A stretch of 64,000 nucleotides of DNA from the human T2T-CHM13v2.0 reference genome, Homo sapiens. The stretch lies in NCBI RefSeq assembly GCF_009914755.1, contig NC_060942.1; one strand, given 5' to 3'. This document shows, one piece after another, positions 44,301-58,832 of this stretch. The notes beneath the pieces are model-generated. The model worked only from the letters and a program-made list of their open reading frames with translations, ran no database searches and had not been told where the DNA came from. Position 1 is the stretch's first letter. Each line of letters opens with the position of its first letter. Both the position numbers and the translations under genes were made by a program.

Positions 44301-44789
44301 CTTTCCACTCTCACTTATTTTAGTTGAGTAACTATTTTATGCCAATATATTTGAGGGGGAAAAATAAGTTGTGTAACACTAACTTCATAGAATAACAATA
44401 TACACATACATGTACTCACAGTGTATGATCAAATAAGTTTGGTAAATGTTACAATTGGAGGATGTTTCAGCATTTTCAAGCATGCAAACAGATCTGAATT
44501 TCTCAGATTTATGATCATGCATTTTTAAACTCTTGAGACCACAGATTAATTTCCACCGATATTCACACTGTTTTGATTTCACTATTTAGAAAATGCTGAT
44601 CAGTTCTTAATTTTCTGTAACTTTGTAAATTCCAACATTATTTAAGTTTCTATTTCAGAGAAGTTTGTAAGACATTTGCAAGCATACTGAAAGCAGGGAC
44701 CTTGTCTGGTCACCCTGGAGTGTCTGGTGCACCCTGGTAGAGTGCGTATAATGGCCCAGGTTGTTTTACAAAGTGTGCTATCTCCAAGA

Positions 44790-45180
44790 ATGTTTCACAT
44801 TCTAGGTATTGTACTATATTCTGGGAGTTAAGAAGTCCTTTTTTAGAATTTAAAATTATACCTTATCTAGTGAGAATAGCAGAAACACAAACACATAATT
44901 ATGATACAAATAATTAGTGGTACAAATTAGATTTGAATAAAATCCGATTATATAATGAGAGAACAACCAACTCTGCCTGAGGGAACAGGAGAGCATTGTA
45001 CAGTAAGTGAACTGAGTCTTAACTTTCACCAGGTGAAGACAAGAAGAAAGTGTTATGGAAGAGGGTGTATGCAAAGACATAGAGACATAAACGAAACACT
45101 TCATTTGCAAGAAACAATGAGATGGTCATTAAAATGTACTAGGCAAACATTCATCTAAAGGCAAAGAGATTTGTATATTG
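44790..45180 (-). mobile_element. L2 relic
   Basis: 'ctaggtattgtactatattctggga...','gaactgagtctt' antisense L2-like. Confidence 0.5.
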
Positions 45181-45248
45181 ACTTTTTATTATGGAACAAT
45201 ATTCTATCATATTATCTTCTTTAATGTTGTTTTGGCTGCACTAGATAA

Positions 45249-45578
<330 letters not shown>

Positions 45579-46854
45579 TAAAAATACTATGCTTCTTATC
45601 TCCTCTTTCTCCGTCTACAAGAATTTTGAGGTTGTATTATTTTAAACAACAAAAGTTTGAATATTGAGATTGTAATTTTTGAATCTATTTCTCACAGTTC
45701 CGTTTGTGGATATGAACTCATAGGAGATTCTTGGTCAATAAGTGAGATGTTAAAATACTCTCTGAAGACCCCTAAGTCAGAATAGAGTCAAAGCCAAGAT
45801 TAACAAGTGGTCTTATTAAGCTTCAGTAGATGGATGCATTTATATTCACTGTCTAAATATAATGGCTGAGTGAATTAGATCTCCATATGACCATGTGAAA
45901 CCACCTGACCTCTGCATAGGGGAAAAAAAAACATTGTTTTGCTTATGTAATTTTTTAGATTTTATTCATATTATTAGCTCTTCAATTGGCAACTCTTTTT
46001 TCAAACTTATGAGGAAAATTATTGACATTGGTCATTAAACTTGAGACATTCTAGGCTCTCTTTGAATGGCTGATTGAACTATATAGAGCCATGGGAGTCT
46101 CTTCTATAATCCGGTCCTCTAGATGAATCATTTCTTGTATGTATGTATGCATTGACTGATTGTAGCTAGAAGTTGAGCTGTGTTGCTTTTATATGTTTTT
46201 GTTCATTATTACTTTCAGTTTTAACTTAGTATTCAAAGACCTTGTCTCTAATTCTTAGGGCACTTCATTTGAGATGCCTTTGAATTGTATACAATCTGTA
46301 TTCAAGAGTTGCGCTATACAGCTTGGTTTTTTTTTTTTAATTTCCCATAACCTTTTCTTAGAGATACTGTGTTCCAAGCAGCAAATGACGTGGATGTGCA
46401 GATATCAGTCATGGAATAGCATTTATTATATGGAACTGGACTGTCCTCTGTCCCAATTTAATCTGTGCAGGTGCTGTTTACCTTGTAGGCTAGATTTTCT
46501 CTACATCAACTTTCACACATTAAATGTTAGCAGCACTACAGCTGCCTCCCCTAGCCAAATTACATCTTTCTACATGAGCTGGAAAGGCATGGCTTTTAAC
46601 TTCTCTTGGTGGCTTGCCTGCTGGCCGCTGGCAAATTTCCATTTATGCATTTCTTTGAGTCTCTTAATAATTTAGAGTATCATTATTACATGTCATAAAT
46701 ACTACAAGATTTACTTAGGATGCTTTTCAGAACTCCTTAATTTTGGGAAAGCATTGCCGGTCTGATAAATTGAAAATTTGTTTCCATAATATTACAATTT
46801 TAAAGGAATCTACTGGTAAAATTGTAAAGACCTGAATACCAACATTTCTAAAAT

Positions 46855-46936
46855 TCTCTCCTACTTATCCTTCCCTTTCCTTCTTCCTCCTCTTCCTTCT
46901 CTTTTTTTCCTTCTTCTGCTCTTTCCTTTTCTTTTC
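46855..46936. repeat. CT-rich low-complexity tract
   Basis: Direct reading. Confidence 0.8.
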
Positions 46937-47829
46937 ATAATGTGGTGTGCCCTTAGTGTGGGCTGAACTCCTCTTTTGCCTGCCTCTCTTCTCTACTTAT
47001 TATTCTGATCTTGCTTCCTCAACAGCCCCCTTCTTATGGTCAGTTATAAGGAAATACCTTGGTTACTTACAAAAAATATTGCATTGCAATTTAAATATTT
47101 TTATGTATTATTTAATAACCAAAAATGTTTGCCTGAAGACATCAGTAGGTTATCACAGTTGAGGTCAATGACTGAGTTTAGAATTTTTGTATCAAAATTA
47201 CATGAGATGGTAACTGTGGGATATGCAAAAATATTTGGCAAGGTGAATAATATGTTGATAATCTTTTCATGGCATTATTTCTTTGGCTAAAGAGAAAACA
47301 AAAACAGAAAGAAAAATCTTTAAAAACATTTCTAAAAAATATGTATCAAAGTTAAAATCATGCTATGTAAAAGGAACATATGATGGAAGGAATCCAATAG
47401 AAGATATTGACCTGGTGTAGTGTCTTTAAATTATGTATTGACGTTTCACTGGATATAATGGAATATATGTTGGCAGGTAATCTTACCATTGACAAACCTG
47501 ATGGTGGTTTTAAAAATTGTCAGGTACAGAAAGTTATCTTCTACTGGTAGCATCTTCCTTAGTCACTCTGTATTTGACATGGAAAATCTTCCTTACGCTC
47601 TGTGTGTTTCATGTCAATTGCAAGAGGAAATGAAGAAAATTACCAACAGCATATTGTAGTTGGCTTTCAGAAATTTTCCTAATATTAAAAATAAGATTAA
47701 TGAGTATAAGAATGGGAATATTACTCATTTTTTGGCTCCACTGCACAGATTTTGTATTGAGCACCAGAGACAACTACTGCACAAATATTTATGCCATGAA
47801 TCACTAGAATAGAAAATTGTTTTGAACAT

Positions 47830-48330
47830 AATCACAAATTTTGACAGAGTGTATATTGATGCAGACTTTTGGAGGGTAATTTAGTAATTTATAGTGAAGA
47901 AAAAAACACAAACCTCAGTAACCAAATTATACTCATAGCCACTTACTAGTCAGACTAACATAATCAGAATACAGCAGCAGAAGACAATAAGTCAGATACA
48001 AGAATGTTCATCACTGCTTTATTTTTGTTATTCACACATACAAGAAGAAAAAAACTGAAATGCCACAAATATGAAAATATCTAAATAAATTATACAGAAT
48101 CATAAAACATTGAACATGAAGACAAGAGACTTAGATGTTGGCTAAAATGTTAGGTGTATAAGGAAAATTAAAAGAGTTCCATAATTATTAGAAACATATA
48201 AATACAATCAACCTGGAAGAATATACTTGAATGTTTTAAAGAGCTTCTTTGGAGTGGAGACTAAAATGCATTATTTTATCAGTTTTACTGTCCTGAATCT
48301 TCAGTAGTGACATTATATTACTTTCAGAAT
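47830..48330 (+). mobile_element. L1ME-like relic
   Basis: 'acttttggagggtaatttagtaa','tacaagaatgttcatcactgctttatt','ctaaataaattata'. Confidence 0.6.
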
Positions 48331-49078
48331 TATAAAAATTTTCTCTCAAAGTGTTTGAAATAATGACTGGTAAGTCACATATGAAATATGGCATGAGAAC
48401 GTGACTATAATGAAAAATAATGGCATTAATACTCATAACTGTATTATGCTGGCATTGTCAATAAACCCTTAAATAGAAAAGTCAGATACATTTAATAAGT
48501 TGTGTTTCTTATTTTTAATTTCCAATTTTAAAATGAAATGTTATTGTTCATGATTATTTTACCACACAAAATAATATTGCCTAAATGTATCTGAGGCACT
48601 GTTAGCCTGAGCAGCTTGATTTTAAATAATAGTAAGAAAAATAAAACTTCCTATTTTCTTCAGTGCAGAGGAAATAACTTTCAGGACATTGAATTCTAAT
48701 GTTAAGTCACCATAAAAAACTTGACATTTATTATTATTAAAGAGAATTTATGCACTTAATAGTTACTTGCAATTTTAGTTACCCTCAATGATGTTCCTGA
48801 AGACTCTTTAAAAAATAATGCTTTTTAAAGAAAATATATTTACTTATTTAAAACAATTTCTATTAGACCTAGTCAAAAAAAAATATACAGTGCACTATTG
48901 GATTTGGGTAAGGTGTTAGTAATATAAGCTAATGTAATTAAATCCTATTATCCTCTTTGTGTGATATTAAATATACTTGAATAGTATGTATGTCAGTGTG
49001 TATGTTTTTTTATCTTACTTCTCTTATTTCTTTGAATCACTGATAGTTTTAGATGTTTTCTGCTGCTCTTTTGGAATA

Positions 49079-49395
49079 CAGGTAGAGCATTCCTAATCCA
49101 AAAGTCTAAAATCGAAAATGCTCCAAAATTCAAAATTTTTTGAGCACCAACATGATGCCTCAAGTTGAAAATTCTACACATAAGTAATTAACACAAACGT
49201 TGTTTCATGCAAAAAATTATTCAAATTTACCTCCAGGCTATGTGTATATGATGAATGTAAAACATAAATAAAAGTTTGTGCTTGGACTTGGGTCTCATCC
49301 CCAAAATAGCTCATTGTGTACAGTATATGCAAATATTCCAAAATTCAAAATATCCAAAATCTGAAGCACTTCTGGTCCCAAGCATACACAACCTA
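49079..49395. mobile_element. Tigger4b/MER46-type TcMar MITE
   Basis: ta-caggtagagcattcctaatccaaaa...aatgctccaaaa...ggtcccaagcat...caacct-ata. Confidence 0.85.
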
Positions 49396-50300
49396 TACTA
49401 GGTAATAGGGTGGGGTTAGCCTGAAATTTTTCTTTCAATTCAATTCAATTCAGTTCCGTTCACATCTATGAAATATTCTAGGCTCTACCTAAATAGTTTG
49501 AGATATAATGATAAAAAGAGAGGCCTCTTAATTCAACTGTGCATGTTTGTCTGAGTAGAATATGGAAGCAATTAATGAAATGTGGAAAGTGTGATGGTAA
49601 TAACAGTAAAGATTCTGATTGCTTAAAAGACATCAGTGTATGAATGCTTAGTCTTTAACAGGTGGTCATGGTAGAATATCTGTTGTACACAACAGATATT
49701 ACTGTAGTTGCAAACTCATTTTCCAGATTTTTCTATTTTATGTAACCATCTATAAACATTATAGAATTGTTCTTAAACATCTAGCATCTCTATGAATAGA
49801 TTATGGACCATGAATCCGAGTTTCTTATTTTACTGTTGCATGTTTTAAGTAATATATACTTATTTGTCATAGTATGTTAAACAGTTAAAATAATTTGTAA
49901 TCTCGATCATCAAGGTTCCTGTATTTTAAAAGTTGAGGAGAATAAAGAACCAATCAAATCAAGTGACACCATTCTGGCAGTATTTTAACCAAAGTGTTTT
50001 TTTAGGAAGTATGCTGCATCCAATGCCTTAAATTTTACAGTCATTTAAAAAAAAAAAACATGTGAATCAAAGTTTATTTCCATCTTTGCAATTTTTATGA
50101 AAGGATAGTTCAGTTTTAAGTCAACACAGTATTTTAAGTCCATTTAAAAAAGACAATGAGTAAAAACACCGATGTTTAATTTCTATGAGTGGGGAATATC
50201 GATTTGAGGATTAAATTTTTCCTTAATTCTTCTAGTAGAAAACAGAGTAGAGAATCTATGGGTAGAATATCTGTCCATTATTTGCACATAGAATCATTTC

Positions 50301-50556
50301 TAATGAGTACAAAGGTACAATTAGGAGAAATAAGTTCTGATACACTATTGCACCGTAGAGTGACTATAGGTAATAATGTATTGAATATTATGCTCACTAC
50401 AAAGAAATGATAAATGTTTCAGTTGATGGATATGCTAATTATCTTGATTTGATCATTATACTAAATGTGCATGAAACGTCATATTGTACCCCATAAATAT
50501 ATACAATTATTATGTGGCAGTTAAAATTTAAAAAAATTATAATATAAAAAATAAAA
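50301..50556 (+). mobile_element. L1MA 3' end
   Basis: 'aaagaaatgataaatgttt...gatggatatgctaatta...tgtaccccataaatatatacaatta' and A tail. Confidence 0.85.
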
Positions 50557-50808
50557 TCTCCCAAACTGTGTAGATTAATGTCTTGATTTATGTTTAAATA
50601 TGAACCTTCAGCAAAATAGTGAAAATTTCCATCTTTACTAAATAACTAAAAGTTCCAGTGTTTTTCTTTCATATATGTGTTGTACACACTTAGGGGAAGA
50701 CAATAAAATCAACTGAATCCCTTAGAATGGACCTGAGGGATAATTTTGCACAGTGTCTTTATGTTTGCGTGCCATTTACTAACAGTATATTGTTGGTTCA
50801 AAACAAAC

Positions 50809-50847
50809 CACACACACACACACCCACACACATACACACACACACAC
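50809..50847. repeat. (CA)n microsatellite
   Basis: Direct reading. Confidence 0.92.
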
Positions 50848-51394
50848 GAGTTACCCATTGCATTAGTAGGAAACAAATGGCAAATGGCTGAAGGGATCAG
50901 TACTTCAACTTCGGAGGTCCCCAAACACAATAAAGCTTTATTTGGAACTTGTAAGACTTCAACTAGAACCAAATAGAATCCATTTTTTTCTGAAGAGAGT
51001 TGATAGCTAAGTAAGATTATAGACAAAGTACATTCAGAGTGTATGTTTGCAATGACTGTGCTATTTCTAAAAAATTTAAATCTATGCATATGGAGCCTTT
51101 ACATACTTATGGACGGATAATATCTTGATTGTCTAAATTTTTAGGCTCAGTATACATGTATTGATTTAAAAATTAATGATTAATTAAAGAAAAAGACAAA
51201 AAAGTAGAGACTCACAAAACTAAATTATTCTTTCTCAGAGAAATATCGTTTTAAACCATCCTTCTACATTCTGGATTTATTAGTTAACTAACTAGGTTTG
51301 GCTAAAACAAATGTTCCTCATGGATAATTTATAGGTAGTATTCTGTCCAACTTTTGTGATATCTCCTTGTGGGACATTGATTACTGTTCCACAT

Positions 51395-51450
51395 TATTGA
51401 ACTCTCTTCTAGCTATTCAAAACCCAACAAATTATCGTTAAGTATGTGAC
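51395..51450 (-). mobile_element. Short L1MA 3' UTR fragment
   Basis: 'ctctcttctagctatt...aaattatcgttaa'. Confidence 0.45.
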
Positions 51451-54237
51451 GGAGAAAAGTATATCTATATTTTCCAGTCTCCTTGCTTCTTTCTTACGAG
51501 GGTAGGTTCTAGAGATCAAAGTGTGTCTTTTTCTGGGAGCCAGTTGTTGAGTGTGCTCTGTAAGAATGGAAGCATTAAGGGATAGCTATTTCCTGCCAGA
51601 GAAAGACAAAGAGAAGCTGGGAAGGAAGATCTAGAAAGTGGGACCAGAGGGAAGCAGATTTTCTAGGCTTCGCCAGGGGAACTTTGGTGTTATCGGAAAT
51701 GTGTAATTTAAATTTATTACCAAGTCACTCTGTGGTGTGTGATGCAAAACCTCTCTGCATCCAAAGAGTATCCAGGAAAGCCATATTTCTGAATATTGAT
51801 TCAATAAAGTTCTGCATCTTCCACGGATGACAGAGTGAACAATGGAAGCTGTACAGACAGATACATTTTCATCTAAAAGAATGATTTTGTGAAATGTGTA
51901 TAAGGAATAAGAAAAAGTCATAATAAATTAAAATATTTGATTGGAGTATTTATACTGACATATTTTAAGTTTTATGTTCCACAAGTGGTTTCTAAACAGT
52001 TTTTTAAAGATAATTAAACAATAGCTATAACATATACTTCAGATTGAAAATAATTACCTTATCACCTGAAGAATCAAGTCTAAATTCAAACTCTCTCAAA
52101 CCAATTTAATGTAAGATACATACAGGAAATCATCTATTGGATTTATCCATTTGTTTTCTTTTTTACTTGAAAACAAATGTTTATTCAATGGTTAAAAACA
52201 TTTTCACTTTAATAGTTTTATCAAATACTGTAGAATTGATCTCCCACCAAAGAAACAATTTTTTTTTTCTCTTGGAAGTTTTTTTCTTGTCTCTTTGGTG
52301 TTATTTATTTTGTTTATGTTGTGTTTTTGTAACTGTTTAGGTCTAGCTCAAGTAGCAGTGATCCAAGAAAATATTGCTTTGTCAGCACCAATAATGTGTG
52401 TCATGCTGATAACCCCATGAAATCTCTTTTACTTAAAGTAATGGTTACGACGATTTGACCGACAGAGAATGCATGAACATCATCTACAAATGCATTCTCA
52501 GAGCATGATCTAAAAGCTAAATATTGACTTGGAAATAGATATAAAGCTTTTCCGAGTTCGTATTTTTATAGTCTCAAATTTTCTTTCAACTTCCATCTGA
52601 GATTTTCAGCAATTGGATAGTGAAGAGTTATGTCTAAAACTGTACAGGTGCAGAACCAATTCTATTACAGGAGATTTTTATCCAAGCCTGTGTGCTTTAT
52701 TCAATGACTTTTGTATTCTGGAGTGGATGAGATGCTTTGTGTTTATTTTATGTTTGAGAAACATGTTAATTGTGTAGCTCTGTCACAGTTTTAGACAATT
52801 TGGACAATTTTGCATAAGAATTAAAGTTACATGGTGAATTAATCATTGAAAATGTAAAAACTGAACATTCTATTCAATTACACAACCCAAACATAAAAAT
52901 AAAATGGGCAATACTTCCAAATGTTTTATAGTGTAGTTAAAGTGTGTCTTATTAAACATTCTTCAACTTTCATATGATTTATGCAATTTAAAGTTTTGTT
53001 GCTACACTGAGCCTCTGTGTGAAATTAGAGTGTCACTTTCATTGTACTTATACTCCCTAAATACAGTAGTACGTACAGTGGCTTAACAGACTAGAGGAGT
53101 GTGGACAATAGCATGTAGTGACTTTTAGTTGGCTAAATAAGTTCTAATTAGAGTTTAGTTTAGACAATTACAATAATCACAAATATACAAAATAAATGTA
53201 GGTCAGACCTATTCAGACCATTCCGAACATTAGTTCTTTATTTTATAAACAACTAAAAATGTTCATTTGAAATAGAAATGTAATGAAAAACCATTAATTT
53301 TGAAGCCACAATAAATAATGATTTTTATTAATATGTGGATTATGAAGGATTTCAACCTAATTTTTAAAACAAAGTAATTGTCCAGTAGCCTATAATCATT
53401 AAACAAATTTTTGATTTGTTTGTTTATAGAAAAGAAATAGGGAGAGTTTTTTCTCTTTCCAGTCATGTATTCCTTCCAATTATTGGACCAGTCGACTTTA
53501 ATTGCTATGCTTGCAAATTCACTGGAGAGATGAGAAATGCATTTTCTTTTAATAAATGGATATTAAATGAAGATTTTCAGTAAAAAAAAACATTAATTTT
53601 TGTCTTGTATTAGTATATAAATGAATATAAAAATATTTTCTGAATTTAATCCAATCAATATTATATTTCTAATTCATTTTAGATGGATAGGTAGAAATTA
53701 CTAAATCTTGTACCTCTTTAAAACTATGTAAGAAATGGAAAACGACTTGATTTTGCTAAGTAATCTTTGTTTATAGTTTTAGAGGTAATTATACTTCAGA
53801 TTTTTTCTTTATTATGCATAATAAAATGCAACCTTGATTGTTACCATTATCCTCAAATGTCAAATTATTCTATTCTAAACATTTAGATTTTCTTTATTTC
53901 AATTTAACTTGTATTTTTTCTTTATATTTTAAAATTTTAATCTAAAACTCTACATAAATATTTTTGAAATGTGTCATGAATAATTTTGCACATTTCTGGG
54001 GGGTTTCTATTTTACATTGAAGGTTTGAGAAATCTCTAAAGAAATTGAAGGTGGTAATTGTTATAGAGAAATGATTCAATGATAAGAGGACTGAGGAAAG
54101 ATGAATGAGTAATTATTCTCTTGTCCTCTTTGTCTTAAATCCAACATCTCCTTTCATCTTTAGTACACTTGCCTTGGTTGAGATATGTACTACTACACTT
54201 GCCATTTCCCTGCTTTCAAATACTCCCTGTGAATGGG

Positions 54238-54530
54238 AAATTTGGCAATTTCTTCTCTGTAAAAGGCCAGAGAGTGAATATTTTGGACTTTATGGATCAT
54301 AAAGTCTCTTTTACAGCTACTCACCTCTGCCACTGTAGCATAAAAGTAGCCACAGACAATACATAAGTGAATGTGCTCCAATAAAAGTTTCTTTATGCAC
54401 ATCGAAACTTTCACCTGCCATGAAATATTCTATCCTTTAATTTTTCCAACCATTTAAAAACGCTACAACTTTTCTTGGCTTTTGAGTCATGTGTAAATCT
54501 GGCCTGTGACCTGTATTTGTATGGCTCATG
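54238..54530. mobile_element. MER58B-like hAT-Charlie
   Basis: 'ttggcaatttcttctctgtaaaaggccagagagtgaatatttt','ctactcacctctgccactgtagc','ccaataaaa'. Confidence 0.85.
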
Positions 54531-54659
54531 AAACACACACAGTAAAGTTTGATAAGCAGTGATCTATACAATTTAAAAATTACTCATTATTAAGCCAGTA
54601 TGTATATAAATATATTATTTTAAAATACAACTACACATACTCCTACATCCCTCATTAAA

Positions 54660-55245
54660 TTGTTATTACGGCTTTATTAAAATATAATTCATATATTATA
54701 GAATTCACCTATTTAATATATACAATTCTGTTGTTTTTAGTGGATTCACAGAATTGTGCACCCATCACTACAATCAATCTTAGAACATTTTCATCACCAT
54801 AAAAAGAAATCCCATAACCATGAACAGTCATTCTCCATTTCTCCTCATGCTCCCCTAACCCTAGGCAACCACTGGTTACTGGTTTCTGTTTATTTGTCTA
54901 TTACAGACATTTCATATAAATGGAATGTACACAATGTCAGCTTTTATAACTGACTCCTTTCACTTAGCATAATGCTATCAATTATGCTTTCAGTTAATCA
55001 GTATTGTGGCATGTATCAGTATTGCATTTCATTATATTGCTGAATAATATTCCTTTGTATGAATATGCTACATTTTAATTATTCATTCATCAGATTATGG
55101 ACATGTGAATTGTTTCTACTTTTTGACTAGAATGAATGATGCCACTATAAACATTCATGTACAAGTTTTTGTGTGTACATATGTTTTCATTTCTCTTAGA
55201 TATATCCCTGAGAGTAAAATTTCTGGGTCATACAGAAATATGCCA
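54660..55245 (-). mobile_element. L1MB 3' end
   Basis: 'gctttattaaaatataattcata','tagaacattttcatcacc','ccctaggcaaccact','acattcatgtacaagtttttgtgtg'. Confidence 0.88.
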
Positions 55246-56265
55246 CATTTCTTTTCTTAGTGATTTCTAATTTCTTCCCATTGTGCTCTTAGAACATACT
55301 TAGTGTGATTTCAGTTCTTTTAAACATACTGAGATTTGTTTTATGGTCCAGCATATGGTTGTATTCTGTAGAATGTTCCATGTGAACTTGAGAAGAACAA
55401 TAAGTGCTGAGAGACCAAGGAAATATATCTGTGTTCACTAACACATGTATATACATATATCCGTAAATATTTTTACATGGAACCATCCGTATCTATGTTA
55501 AGCTAAATGTGAGTTCCTGCTTCTGTTTCCATAGATCATTTATTATCACATGGATCATTCGATCCCCTTCCCTTGCTTATCTGTAACCTTCTGCTCAGAA
55601 GAACAATGGGAAATCCACCTCCCACCATCCACCACCCATTGCTTGTTTAATCCCAGTACACATGTACAGTGGTTTAGCATTGTTAATGTACTCTTGTATA
55701 AAACAACTTTATCGATTAGATTCAGCACATATGCATTGTTACTTCTGTCTTTAGTCTTACAGTCTTCATTCATTTGCAAATCTACTTAATTCAGCACCCA
55801 ACCCTCCACCCACTTCACTGAGTTTGTTACATTTATTTGTAATGTGTATTAGTCCATTATCACGCTGCTATGAAGAAACACCTGAGACTGGATAATTTAT
55901 AAAGGAAAGAGGTTTAATTGACTCACAGTTCTAAATGGCTAGGGAGGCCTCAGGAAACTTACAATCATAGCAGAAGGGGAAGTAAACATGTTCTTTTCAC
56001 ATGGCAGCAGGAGAGGGAAGTGCCAAGCAAAGGGGGAAAAGCCTCTTCTAAAACCATCAGCTCTCCTGAGAACTTACTCACTTTCATCAGAACAGCATGG
56101 TGGTAACTGCCCCCGTGATTCAACCACCTCCCACTGGGTCCCTCCCAGGACACGTGGGGATTATGGGAACTACAATTCAAGATGAGATTTGGGTGGGGAC
56201 AGAGTCAAACCATAGCATAATGCAATTAGATTATTTGCTCCCATTCTGCATTCCATCTTAAATAT
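55246..56265 (-). mobile_element. L1M fragments (ORF2 endonuclease-region piece plus L1MD/MC-like 3' UTR), interrupted by THE1
   Basis: 'agaatgttccatgtgaacttgagaagaa' (EN region; ORF ...HMLDHKTNLSMFKRTEI); then L1MD-like UTR. Confidence 0.7.
55845..56217 (-). mobile_element. THE1D-like solo LTR
   Basis: tgtattagtcc...aaccatagca; perfect 5-bp TSD taatg at 55840-55844 and 56218-56222. Confidence 0.93.
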
Positions 56266-56482
56266 ACATACTTTCCACTGAAATTCATCTGGCAACTACT
56301 GATTTGTACAAAAAGGAAGCCTACTTAGAAAAGGCAAATGCTGAGCTTTTGTTGATTTAACTTCATATTTATAAAAACCACTGGTTTTGATTGCTTTTTA
56401 TAGCTAAATAACAGTCACTGTTGGTGAACTTTAAACCTAGTTATAATCATAAAGGTTACTTCCCAGTAAAAATGCTTCACCT

Positions 56483-56790
<308 letters not shown>

Positions 56791-58474
56791 TTACAGATGC
56801 AGAAACTAAGATGCATAGCGTTGCATAAAGTAAATTATCCATATCTCTAGAAAGAATGTTCTTTCCTCCATTCTTTCCCATGTTCTATCAGATGCAATTA
56901 TTGTCATAAATATAACGGTTATATTCTCTAATCATATTGCCTTCAGGACTTAAAATATTCTAACGTACTTAAAGTTAGTAAAAGGAGGAAAACAACTTTG
57001 AAATAAGCAAGTATTTAACTCCCCAGTAGGTTTTAATGCGTATTTCACTTTAGAATAAGGGTGAATTAGTGCAGGGAGAACTTTGATTTCTGTGTTTGGC
57101 ATTTATCCAGGAGATTCCCTGAAGTATAGCCTGACTCATTGCTGGTAAGAATACTTCTCCTAAGGAAAGCTCTAATCTTGCCAATTTGTATGGTGCCAGG
57201 GAACTCTAAATAGTCCTGCATTTCAGCATGTACTTATTTAGGCTTTCTGTTTAAATGTAAGGTTTAATAAAATGTATCTCCATAGACTGTATCCATCATC
57301 CATGACGTAGCTCTATCTGGGCCTCATTAATTAATCTTCAGCACAGTCATGTCATATGTAATATTACTCAACATCTATCTTGGTTCGAAACTATTTAAAC
57401 AGCATCACTTTAGAGCAACTGACTGTGCTTATGTTTTTACTGAGTCTCACCTTTTGCTAAACAAGGTGAAAACAGAAGTGAATTTTCCTTGCCCTGACAG
57501 GTCCACAGGGCAAAATAATATGGCTCTTCCAGTGTAAAAGGGATCAAGAACTCCATAAATCACCTGAAGGAAGTCAACTGCATTTCTAGAATTCCAGCCC
57601 TTTTGTAGGCAGACCTTGCAATGAATACGGTTTCTTGGTTTAGTACTCTTATTCTCCCTTTCTCTTTGTGTGTGTGTGCTTTGTGCATAGATGTGTGTGC
57701 ACACGACTGTCCTCCTCACTACCTGCAACGAAAGGAAATTATTTAGTTAATTAGGTAATTTACTGCATAACCGGAATAGGAGTGATATACCAGGAATTAT
57801 TGAAAGCATCATAATTTTTATTCCAGTCTTTATTTAAAAATTGAAACCCCTCTTACATGTCTTTTTTCCCTCACCCTCCTATCCACCTAACCAAGAATTC
57901 TTTTCATTGCTTTGTGAGGTTTTGTTCTGGCTACTTCTTTCAAATTCCCATAGTCAGCACTATTTTATGTCTTCATCTCATATTTTTGACTCATTGTTCA
58001 GTGGAATCCAAACTGAGCTCTCCAAAAAGGGTTTTCCTGTCTGCAACCTCCGCAATCTTTATTTATTTGTGCATTTAATGTTTATTTAGTGCACTGTGCC
58101 ATCCACTTGGAAAGGTATACAAATGTTTCTTGAGTCTCAGCTTCTGCTATGTAAAAGAGTAATTGCAAGATAGCGTAATGGGCACTCCATAACATAATAA
58201 ATATACTCCCTGCACTGAATGCCTACTATATTTTCTTCCTTTAAATCTTTGCTCAAGTTATCATTATTAAATTGAAAAGACCTCTTTTCCTACTTAGCTT
58301 ATTAAAATCCAACACAGCCATCCTTTAAAGTTAACTATTAATGTTGCCCTATTCCGTGCAATCTTCAGTGACAATCCAAATCAGAACAGTACTCTTAAAC
58401 TTCAATATTACTTAATTTTGGTACCCCTGTATTTCATATTTCACAATTCTTCAAAATTGTATCAAATGTATAAT

Positions 58475-58832
58475 AATGATATGTTAGGCACTTTACATAT
58501 ATTATCTCATATTTGTAGCTTCAGTATAACAAATATGGAATCAGAAAGTCTTTAGTCTATATCTTGTTTCTGGCAAGTCCATTAACCATTACTTATCTAT
58601 CAAATTAGACTTATGGTTCCTCATGATGTTGTTTTGAGGACAAACGAGTTTATGCATGATCCTATAAAAAGCACTCAAAATTATTATTGTTATTATTAAT
58701 ATTATTACCATCTTAGAGAGTACTAAACTGATGCCCAAAAGGTGCAGTGAACTGAACAAGATCATACCAATAACAAACAGTAGATTCAGGTCTCTGATTC
58801 CAAGGCACACTGCTTTTAAATACCACACTATG
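58475..58832. mobile_element. Cluster of MIR fragments in both orientations
   Basis: 'aggcactttacatatattatctcat' (-), 'cctcatgatgttgttttgaggac' (+), 'caggtctctgattccaaggc' (-). Confidence 0.6.

Noticed and set aside
44701-44746. Short direct repeat tgtctggt(g)caccctgg x2
   Set aside because: It is a tiny duplication or an unassignable MER fragment with no further support.
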